A DNA stretch of 64,000 bases, taken from contig NIVC01001735.1 of the NCBI GenBank assembly GCA_002269645.1, positions 62,001 through 126,000 of the forward strand, given 5' to 3'. This document shows positions 1 through 12,440 of the stretch, piece after piece. Position 1 is the first letter of the stretch. Every line of letters begins with the position of its first letter. This stretch comes from Macrostomum lignano (lineage: Eukaryota). The translations under genes and the position numbers were made by a program. The notes under the pieces are model-generated. The model was not told the origin of the DNA. It did no database searches and was given only the letters and a program-made list of their open reading frames with translations.

Positions 1-1790
<1,790 letters not shown>

Positions 1791-2395
1791 ATCTCTGTGG
1801 ATCCGTAGTTACACCCGGTTCTAGCATGACACTCTGGGGAATATTTAGGCCAGTAATTATCGATGCAATATAACAGTAGGTGGCAAAATATTTTGAAGAC
1901 GATGTATAATTCTGAACACAATGCTAAGCTGAAAATACGCTTGTAGTAAACCTTGTATCAGCTGAGTGTAGAAGCTGAGATAAATATTTAACTTCTAGCA
2001 GGTTGGCTAGATGTAAGGTGCTTTACGATTTACAAAGAAGACAAGAGCAAAAATCGGACTTAGCAACCTTATTACGTAAGCGCGCACACTATTTAGATTA
2101 TTGGAGCAGTAGTAAATTGCGGTTATGGTCACTTAAAATCGCGCAGACCAATAGAAAATGCTTATTCTTGTAAACAAACAAAATTATGCGACATTAAAAA
2201 TCGCGTAATTGAGCACCGTCTAGAGAATAGCACATCGATAGCAATAGAGATATAAAGAAAGAAATGCCTTAGCTTCAACAACTGCTAATAATTAATAACC
2301 CAATCGGGCTTGACCAACTAACTTACACTAACAGCACTAGTAATATAAAGGTGGCTGTCAATATACATGTACTATATACAATAATAAGCCAGTTG

Positions 2396-4776
2396 CTACT
2401 CAATAGCCTCCTCCTCGAAGTCCGGACGCCAGGCCCAGGACACGAGCACCTCTGGCGGCTCGTCGACCCCGGCCCCGAGGCGATGGCGAACGGCCAGCAC
2501 GCGGCCCTCTGGGCGCACCGGGCCGACGCTACTAGAGCTGTCGAAACCTTCTGCCAGTTTGAACACCTTGGCCAGCCAACGTCGACGACGTCCTTCAACA
2601 CCGTCCGGGCCGCCGATGGGCTCCCAGGGCAGCGCAAACGGATGTCGGAATCGGTCTCCGCTGTTGAGGAACGGCGCGACAACATCTGCGGCAGACTGGA
2701 CCAGCACGGGCGCCGGCGGCTGCGGTGATGCAGCGACAACAGCCGCCGAGGCCGCCGCTGAGGTCACGGCTTTTCGCCGGAGCTCCGGCCGACGCTTCGG
2801 CGACGGACGAACGCCGGCCTGATCCTGTCTGGAGGAGCTCAGCACCGATGTCGATCGACGCGGACGCTTTGCCACTGTCGCCATTTCCGCGCTTGACGTC
2901 GCTGTCAAAGACGCGTCCCGATTGTCGTCTTCTTCATCGTCGGATGTTGCCGACACTGAAGGAGGCGGCGAAGACGGTGGCGGCCGCTTCAGTAGTCGCT
3001 TAGGCCGCTGCTGCGAGGCGGCGCCGCTGTCGTGATCGAGCTCGAGCTGAAAGCCGGCGTTGCTGCTTTTCCTGCTTGGCCGGTCGCGAGGATCCAGAGA
3101 CAGCACCGAGTAGTGACGAGCCTCCGGCCGATCGTCCGGGCAGTCGTGATCTGTCCGAGTGGCATGCCGGGCACTTTGTACATGCAGTCTTCAGACTATA
3201 ACCCACGATAAAGACAAAACACAGACATCACAGATCTCACTTAACATTCCATACCCCACACATAAACATCCCAAACCCCACACCCAAACATCCCAAACCC
3301 CACACCCAAACATCCCAAACCCCACACCCAAACATCCCAAACCCCACACCCAAACATCCCAAACCCCACACCCAAACATCCCAAACCCCACACCCAAACA
3401 TCCCAAACCCCACACCCAAACATCCCAAACCCCACACCCAAACATCCCAAACCCCACACCCAAACATCCTAAACCCCACACCCAAACATCCCAAACCCCA
3501 CACCCAAACATCCCAAACTCACACACTTAAACATCCCAAACCCACGCCTAAACATCCCAGACCCCACACCCAAACATCCTAGACCCCACACCCAAACATC
3601 CTAGACCCCACACCCAAACATCCTAGACCCCACACCCAAACATCCTAGACCCACACCCAGATCCCATACCAGAGCATTCCAAATCCCACACGCAAACATC
3701 GCAGATCTCAACCAAGAAACATCAGTTCATATTTAGGTACCATAGAACAGGCTCAGTTAATCACTGCTCCCAAATCAAACGAAAAATATCCTACCTAGAG
3801 CATCATCATGCACAGGAAACTTCTTGTTGCACACTCCGCACACGCGAATGTTTACGTTGTGCTTCGAGCGCAAATGTACCTGCATATTGCGCAGATAGCC
3901 AACGCAAGTGCCGCAGTGGGCGCATTCGAATACGCCTGGCGTGTGTCTCGCTTGATGCAGCCGAAGCCTGTAGGCTGTGCTAAATCTTATTGAGCACACT
4001 GAACATGTGTGGAGCTCTGCCTCGGTGGAGCCCGATAAACAGGAGGCGGATAATGAAGCGGCAGCGCCATTGGATTCATTCGTGGCGCCAATTACTTTGT
4101 TATTCGCGCCATTTACTTCATTAGTCGCGCTATTTAGTTCATTCGTGGCGCCAATTACATCATTATTGGCGCCATTCAATTTATTAGTCGCGCCATTTGA
4201 CTTATTAGTGGCGCCAATTACTTCGCTAGTCGTGCCATTTACTTCATTAGTCGCGCTATTTAGTTCATTAGTGACGCCATTTAATTCACTTGTCGAGCCA
4301 TTCGATTTATTAGTGGCGCTATCTGCTTCATTTGATTCATTAGTGGCGCCAATAGCTTCATTAGTGGCGCCATTTGATTCTTTAGTGGCGCCATTTACTT
4401 TAGTACTGGCGCCATTTGCTTCATTAGTGGCACCAGTAGACTGAGTAGTGGCGCAAATAGATTCAGTTTTGGTGGCAGTTAATAAGGCAGAATTCGAGGG
4501 TGACCTAGTGAATTCAGAATTTTTGTTGGCTAGCATCTTAAATAAATTGTTGCAGTGCCTACTCTGCTTGTTGATGTCCAGGTGCTGCTGGTCGGGATTT
4601 TTCTGCCCAATATCAGACTCAGAAGTATCGATTTTCTTCTCAAGCCAAGTCGAAATGGCTTCCATATTCTCTGAAGACTCAACGTCCACTGATTCCTTAT
4701 TGGCTGAGGCAGTTTGACAAGTGTCAGTACGCTGCGACATTGAGAAGCTTGTGGCCTTGGAGCGATGCCTTGTCAT
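2396..4776 (-). CDS. C2H2 zinc-finger protein: exon 4776-3795 (heptad-repeat region plus 3 fingers) and a probable last exon ~3150-2396 (low-complexity basic/acidic region, possible chromo-like C-terminus)
   Basis: CSVC..HQARH, CAHC..HLRSKH and CGVC.. fingers; phase-1 donor CTAG|gtagga at 3795. The GC-rich ORF 2396-3106 is in the matching frame. The acceptor choice is uncertain (3195 or 3150). Confidence 0.7.
3255..3660. repeat. 22-bp minisatellite (ccccacacccaaacatcccaaa)n in the zinc-finger gene intron
   Basis: Direct tandem units, visible as PKHPKPHTQTSQTPHPNIPNPT periodicity. Confidence 0.95.
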
Positions 4777-4962
4777 AGCAATCCTTGTTGCGAGCTATAC
4801 TACTGATGCACAAGTAGCAGCAATTTTGGCAATCAATTAAATAAAATAAGAAAAGTGAAGTTTGAACTACTCTTTGACCCTTTACAGCTTCTTAAATAAT
4901 TTCAATAATATTTCCTCATAAAACTGTTCCCACTATGCTATTTAAATTATATCATAAATACT

Positions 4963-6910
4963 TTGTCTAAATTAGATCTTATATTGTCATGGACTCCAAT
5001 CGTAGTCAAGATCCTAGTCCCACGGCGGGGGGTCCATCAATCCCCCAACCCTCCAAAATGGAGGTTGACTCTGCCGCGAACCCCCCGGAAACCCCCGCAC
5101 CTTGCCCAGGTGGGTCCACCTTCACCCCCGCTGCAGGGGCGTCTCAAAATGATGGCTTCCAAGTCATTACCCATCGCAGGCGCGATGAGAAAACCTCGGC
5201 TGGCCCTGAGCAAAAAATGCAACAGCCAGACGAGCGCACCGACCCCTCGCTGGACCCCAAGAGGCCAAAGGAGGCCAATGCCGGCACGTATGCTAAAGTG
5301 GCGACGGAGCCGAAATTTAAGATCTGCGTACGTGCGGCTAGCAGCACGCTGACCACCGCCCAGATGGAAGCATCAATCGGCGTAATTGATGACTCACCCT
5401 CAAGAAGAACAATTTTGCCACCTACATTGGGGCGTGGAAGATCGTCTTCCATCTGCTGCCCAGGCATCGTCCAGCCAGCAATCAATGCCAAGGTGAGTCC
5501 GCGAGCTCGGATAGCTCTGGGAACGAGTAATGCCATTTGCTACCCCGTGCCAAACTAGGAGCAGGGTGCTGAGCGCGAACCATGCTGGCCACTGGCCAGC
5601 CCAATGATGACACTGCCACCAGCAACCAGATAAATAACCCGCCGCCGGCAAACCAACCAGTTAACCTGCACATTATTCAGATCAACCTGCACCACACTCT
5701 TGCAGCTTCTAGCAACCTTTCAGGCACCTTTGCCAACAAGGAAGTTGACACCTACCTTATTCAGGAACCGTATACCCACAAGGGGAAGCCGACCTGCCTG
5801 CCGCCAGGCTATCAGGTTCTGTACCTCTGCGCGAACGATACTTCTAGGGCTATTGCCCTTGTCAAAAACGACCGCCTGGCAACTATTATGCCAATGTTTT
5901 GCTCAAAAGGCATGTGTACTTTCTCAGTCTTTGACTTGACCTTCGTTTCTGCCTACCTGGATATCCAGGAAGACGTCCCTCCCTCTCCTGCAGAAGCTGG
6001 CGGACTTCTGTAACCTTCAGGGCTGGAGGCTAATTAGCTGCGATGCTAATGCCCATAACACTGCCTGGTCTAGTAGTGATACCAACAGGCGCGGTGACTT
6101 ACTAATTGATTTCATTAACTCCTCGTTATACATATGTACCAGGGGCAGCTAACCTACATTTATTGTTTCTAACCGACATGAGGTTATTGATCTCACTCTT
6201 GCTTCCAACAACGCCTTCAATCAGATCCACAACTGGCTGGTTAAGCATGATATTCCCTCGCTTTCTGACCACTCATACATCCAGTACAGCATCAGCTTCG
6301 TTGGAGCCCGCCATGAGAACCGAGACCGCCTTAATCTGAAAAAGGCCAACTGGACAGGTTTCCGAAGAGACCTGCTAAAACTCCTAACTGAAGCCAATTT
6401 ACTGGACTGCAGCGAGGATCTCCCTGGCATTGAGCATTGGTGCAACTCCTTTGTTGAGATCCTAAACACCACCATACGCATAATGCCCCTAAATTGAATT
6501 ATAGGAAGAAATACTCTCCTTGGTGGAGTCCCAAGCTCACTTGCATGAAAAACACCTGCTGACTGCAATGCCTTGCAAACAGCTCAAATACCCCAGAGGA
6601 TTAGAAGAAATACCACTCTGCTCTGAAGGTGTACAAAAGTACTATCTGAAAGGCTAAGAAGACCACCTGGAAGGCCTACTATGCCAGCCTAGAAGGGCAG
6701 CACCCCATGGCTTGGCTGGTCAGGTCTCTTAGACACACTTGTTCAGCCTCAGTATAATTCCTTTCTATACCTAGATAGTGACTACACTACTAGTGCCGAA
6801 GGTTTGCTAAATCTTCTATTCTCCACCTGTTTTCCATAGGTTGATGACCCAGAGTACATGGTCAAAGACCACAGGCCTAGTGACCGCCTACTTTTCCAGC
6901 AATGTACCAC
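4963..6910 (+). mobile_element. Decayed 5' half of a non-LTR retrotransposon (R1/LOA/I-group-like): ORF1 remnant plus APE endonuclease; RT missing
   Basis: [70 protein letters not shown] and PWWSPKL motifs across frameshifted segments. Confidence 0.88.
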
Positions 6911-6929
6911 CCCAGCTGATCTACTCGGA

Positions 6930-7850
6930 TAGGATAAACTTATTGCTCTCTGTATCAATCAATGCTTAAATTATCCAATGAAATAATTAAGTGGTGGAAT
7001 TATTAATGGATTAGATACTAGATAGATGAACCAACATGTACTGCTCTCTGCACTGATCAATGCTTAAATTATCCAAAGGAATAATTATAATTAAGTGGTA
7101 GAATTACTGACAGGATAAACCTTTTGCTCTTTGCATTGATTAATTCTTAAATTATCTGACAGAATAAGTTGTAAGTGACTGCAGTGAATAAGTAATTCCC
7201 TTTGCTCTCTGTAGTAATCCATGCTTAATTATATAATATAATAGTGTAATCAGAAAATCTGAGAAAATTTCTTAGAAATTAAGATTCTTTAAAAAAATAG
7301 CATTTTGTAACTTATATATAACTTACACATTTTATTTCCTTAGTAATTCTATTAGTAATTATGTCACATGCTTATTCTGTCGGATAATTGTTCTGTTGTA
7401 CAAATTGATCAGTGCAAAGAGCAGTACATGTATATTTTTATTCAATCAATAATTCATCACTTATTTAGATAATTTGTACAAATTTATCAGTGCAAAAAGC
7501 AATACATGTACATGCTTGGGCGCAACCTAGGGATTCACCCGGCCGTTTCTATTGGCAACACACACATGTAAGTCGCTATTGGACGGAATAGTAGTCACGT
7601 GACTGCTCTCAGCCAATAGCGACTTACATGTGCGTGTTGCCAATAGAAACGGCCGAGCGATTCCCAAGGTTGCGCATGTATGTACATGTATATTTTTATT
7701 CTATCAGTAATTCTGTCAGTAATTCTACCACTTATTCTGTTGGATAATTTGTTCAAATTGATTAATGCAGACAGCAATACATATAGGTTCATTTTACTAG
7801 TAATCTATCAATATAATCCTATCAGTAATTCTGCCACTTATTCCATTGGA
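6930..7850. repeat. Degenerate AT-rich repeat arranged as inverted arrays (tgctctctg..atcaatgcttaaattatcc units facing their reverse complements)
   Basis: Forward units at ~6940, 7040, 7120 and 7200; reverse units at ~7380, 7465 and 7740. Confidence 0.6.
7511..7682. mobile_element. Palindromic MITE, copy 1 (8-bp TSD tacatgta)
   Basis: Near-perfect hairpin with CAT...ATG ends; tacatgta at 7503-7510 and 7683-7690; homologous copies at 41681 and 43624. Confidence 0.9.
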
Positions 7851-8026
7851 TAATATTTTTATATATCTCAGAAAGTCTTATAGATTGATGCACATTATTC
7901 GACATAATATCCAAGGGAATTATGCAGCAAAATATTGGATAGAAAAAGTCACACATCTAAAAAGGTCTTTTTGTTGCAATGCCCCTATTTGCGACCCCCT
8001 CTTAGTCTATTGGCGCATACTTGGGA

Positions 8027-8709
8027 GGGTTGCTTTCACAAATGCAAAATTTCACAACCACTAAATCATTTACTTTCACAACTATGAAACTTCATAACCG
8101 CGAAACTTCACAACCGCTAATTTTTTTGCAGTCACTTTCATAAACACGAAACTTCACAAATGCGAAACTTCACAACCGCTAAATCACCCACTTTCATAAG
8201 CACGAAACTTCACAAATGCGAAACTTCACAACCGCTAAATGTCATCTACTTTCACAACCGCAAAACTTCATAACCGCAAAACTTCACAACCGCTAAAAAG
8301 ACTGCAGTATATGAAAGTATGTGCAAAATTTTTAATAGTTATGAAGTTTTGTGGTTGTGAAAGTAGATGACATTTAGCGGTTGTGAAGTTTTGCGTTTGT
8401 GAAGTTTCACGGTTGTGAAGTTTCGCGTTTGTGAAAGTGACAGCAAAAAATTTAGTGGTTGTGAAGTTTCGCATTTGTGAAAGTGACAGCAAAAAAATTA
8501 GTGGTTGTGAAGTTTTGCATTTATGAAATTTAGCGCTTATGAAAGTAGGTGATTTAGTGGTTGTGAAATTTCGCGGTTGTGAAGTTTTGCGTTTATGAAA
8601 GTGACTGCAAAAAAGTTAGCGGTTGTAAAGTTTTGAGTTTGTAAAGTTTCGCGTTTATGAAAGCAAGTGCTTTTAGCGGTTATGAAATTTCGCGTTTATG
8701 AAACCCACC
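8027..8709. mobile_element. Foldback/MULE-like non-autonomous element: inverted arms built of gaaacttcacaaccgc-type subrepeats, 9-bp TSD tacttggga
   Basis: Left arm gggttgctttcacaaatgcaaaatttcacaac pairs with the reverse complement of the right end; tacttggga at 8018-8026 and 8710-8718. Confidence 0.8.
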
Positions 8710-10040
8710 TACTTGGGATAGATCTAACCCTTCCCTATGTAGTGTATAAAGCAACAAAAATTATTGTATGCATAGTGCATACTTGGAACTTTATTATGGT
8801 AAAAGACTTAGTATGCCAGTTTTCTAAAAGAATATTAGAAGGAAGTTCTTATAGGCCAAATTATATTAGAAAGCAACAAAAGGGTATCATTATGCAGAAT
8901 GAACACATTTAATTAAAGAAATAAAAGGCGTCTAGTACTGCTTACAAGGTCATTGCCTAGTTGGCAAAAATATGACACTGAAGTTTAATAAAGAAAGTTA
9001 ATCAATCTAGAAATTAGAATAAGCTATAAAGGGCCTAACCTTTTTGATAGCTTGCTAGTGTAATAAGCCTATGGCTATAGAAACATAGTTTTAAATGAGA
9101 CAAATGCAACAAGGACAATGTAAATTAGGTCTAGCCTAGACTGTTTGCAATTGCAATTGCCCTAAAAAGTAAAAACATTGCAATATATATAGTGTACAAG
9201 GTACAAGGTAGGCCTATTGCCAGTATTGGTAAATGTATAATTTTTTGTTAACTATGAAGGCAAGGATATCACTAACAACAGACCCAGGAATCCAGGATCT
9301 GGATAGACCAAATCAATAGCCTAGTGACTAGTAGTAGTAGGCCCAGTCTGATATATGAAGATAATGTAGATTATTATTACATTAGGCCTAGGCTAGGCGG
9401 TTACGAAAACTATTATAAAAAATTACGAATAGGCCTATTCTGGTTTATTTTTCCTTCTGTTAGTGATGTCAATGATAAACTACCTCTTTGGTCGTACTTT
9501 TAAGCGGTTCCCAGCTCGGCACTGCAAACTTCTTTGGATTAAAAAATTCCAGGTCTAGATGTTTTTTTTAAATCCAAATTTTAAAGTAAGAAACTTAACC
9601 AGTTTTAAGAGCAGCCTATTAAGTTAAGATAAAGACACAGCTTATGGAGAGTTGATTTTTTTTCTTTTAAACACTTTTTCTCTTAGATATTTTCCTTTTT
9701 GTTATTTTTGGCAACATCTTTTAAATTGTAGTTTTTCCTAGACACTCGCATTAAATCGCATTTTAGAAGAATCGTTTTGCGTCAAATCAAGGTCATACGG
9801 TATCTGTTTTTTTTATTATTCCCTACTTAAAATCTTGTCGTTCTGTTGTTCATCGTTAGTCGTTCGAAAAAACCGTTACAATTCCAGACGCTCTTTCAAA
9901 TACCTTACTTATACAAATATCGTAAATCGTATTCATCGATTATGTAAAAAAATAATAAACTTTTTGAACAAATATTAAATACATCGAATCATATTGGCAA
10001 AACAGGCTCTTTGCCTGAGCCAAACTTACTACTACTGCTG

Positions 10041-10079
<39 letters not shown>

Positions 10080-10118
10080 TCGAACCATAAAGCTCTTAGC
10101 TCTTAAAACACGGGTGCT

Positions 10119-10248
10119 GGTCATTTCGTCAACTGCTAGTTCGTCAACTGGGTTGACGAATTGACTAACATTTTAAGGTGGTCTCACTTGCAGTTGACGA
10201 AATGACCAAGGTTTTAGATTGTTTCATTAGTCAGTTGACGAAATGACC
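10119..10248. repeat. Short inverted-repeat cluster ggtcatttcgtcaactg / cagttgacgaaatgacc (MITE remnant)
   Basis: One forward 17-mer and two reverse-complement 17-mers, plus partial copies. Confidence 0.6.
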
Positions 10249-11389
10249 TGAGAATGTTAGTTACTTCGTCTACAGTTTGCAAATGTCATAACATGTACAT
10301 CAACTAACGCATTACTAACCGTAATGAGCACCTAAAATAAAATTTGCGACACTCATAAATCGTATAAAATCACTGGAAGCCGGTTTTTGCTGCAAAATTC
10401 ATTAGCGACAGAGGTAGTTTTTGTTTTTCAGCTAGAAACTCAAAAGTCTCACCTTACATTTCTTTTGAAATCTGGGCTTTTGAAGTGAAAATCTGGGCAA
10501 TCACAAGTTTACTGGAGACTGGAAAGCTAGCTAAGTTAGGGAACAGGACAAATTTTTAAATGTATTTTTGGACATTATGCAAAAATCTAAGGCAAATTAA
10601 GCAAGCAAGAGTACTTTTAAGACCTCTCAGTCTCACCCCACCCCATAACATCCACTTTGGTTATAATTTGATGTGGTGCAAAAACAAAAGAACTGTTGAG
10701 CAAAAAATACAAAAAGAAATGATTTAAAATATGTACGAGTTCACACACTTAGCAAGGTTCAAGTGTATCTATCTATCATGATATAGAAAATAGTTTGTAT
10801 AATGATTATACATATATTTTAATTATTTATTTCATTGCTGGGTTTGTTAGGGTATCTTGTCAATCTGGCAATAGGATGCTCTAGCAACAAACAATCCGGC
10901 AATAGGCCTAGTAAAAACAGTGATAGTCAATCTAGTAACAACTTTTAATTGTAATAAAAAGCTATTAAATCAGCTATTTGCTTTTCTTGGCATTTAAACA
11001 GATTAGAGAGCTTGTAGTATTATATCCCATTTTTAGTATATGGATTTATTATTATATTTATTACTGTTATTAATATATTAATATTATTAAGAATATTTAT
11101 TTATTTATTTAAAACAATATAGATAGAAATAGTTTTGAGGATTAGAAGTTAGTGGGTTCAAAATCAATAGGTTTCAATGTTTTTTTATAATGATGATATT
11201 GCTTTGAAAAATGGGAAACTGCATTAGATTGATGCATTCTCTAATTTCACTGAGGGCTGCGTACTAGTTTTATAATCAAATGACTTGTAAATATTGTAGG
11301 AGTTCACTTGTAACACATACAGATAAACATTGCATCAATTGTAGTATTTACAACAACAAAATATGCAACACCGCATGCACAGTCACAGT

Positions 11390-11950
11390 TAGAGCAAGGC
11401 ATGTTAGATGGCGCGCTGCAGAGCCTGGGAGCAAAGTCAGCTCCATTGGCAGTGTCGGGCACCCCAGCGTCGCACAGTAGGCAGTCCACATATTGATGGG
11501 TTTGGGCCTGACCCCGCCTGAACAGACCTCGGAAGGTGAGCAGCAGGACATCTTAAATAGGTTGGGGGCAGTAGCCCTCAGCCTCAATCATGTGGCCCAC
11601 CAGTTAAAGTTGCCACTGGCGCAGGATGGTGGACAGGCATTGTAGCTTGGCCTGATCATATAGGGCCTTGGTCCCGATGCTCTCGTCAACTTGAAAGGCT
11701 GCACAGAGCAGCCCTGAGTGCACCAAGTCCAGCTGCCACTCTAGCAGGACGGTTTCGACCACTGCCTGCCACAGCCAAACCCTTTGGCAGTTGGGCAGCA
11801 CTTCAGACTAGAGGACGGCTTGGATTGAACGAAAGGCTACCCAGGCAAGTCCTCTGCACCATTGGAGGTCCTCTTCCACATGGGGCACCAGACCGCCAAG
11901 GTAGGTGAACCGCTGGCAGTGTGCAAGCCTGGTCGTCTGCCCATCTGCAC
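11390..11950 (-). mobile_element. RTE-like LINE reverse-transcriptase 3' remnant
   Basis: FTYLGGLV..EEDL..CRGLAWVAF....SEVLP..QRVWLWQAVVETVLL, a typical post-RT thumb segment; contains stops. Confidence 0.7.
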
Positions 11951-12440
11951 CGTGTATTTAGATATATTATTATATTTAATTGCTTGAGGTAACACTATAA
12001 ATTATATAAGAAGTATAGCCATTATGTATATTTTTTATTAGAAAAGATATACTCTCCTAAAGTTAATTCTTTATATATATAAGTAAAATTAAAAACTACA
12101 TATAAAGTTGTATTTTGTATCTAAAATCCATAAAATCTATAATACAAAATCTGTTGCCAGATTGTCTGTTACCATTTTGATTGTTGCCAGATTGTATGTT
12201 GCTAGAGTATCTTGTTGCCAGATTGACTAAATACTATGTATTTTGGAATCTTCTTGGCTTGAGTTAATCACTTAAAATTATAGCATTTTTAACTTCTATT
12301 ATTCTATTTGGCTTTACTATACTGTACTGTGCCTTATTCAAAGTATGAAAATGAGCTACTAGCTTCAAGCACTATAGGTTTTTTGTTTTAGCTCATTAAT
12401 TATCTAAGTTTTTTAATTCATTATTACCAATATAACTACT

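Noticed and set aside
2150-2395. SECIS element for the zinc-finger UGA
   Set aside because: No AUGA..AA..GA kink-turn pattern seen by eye in the short 3' region
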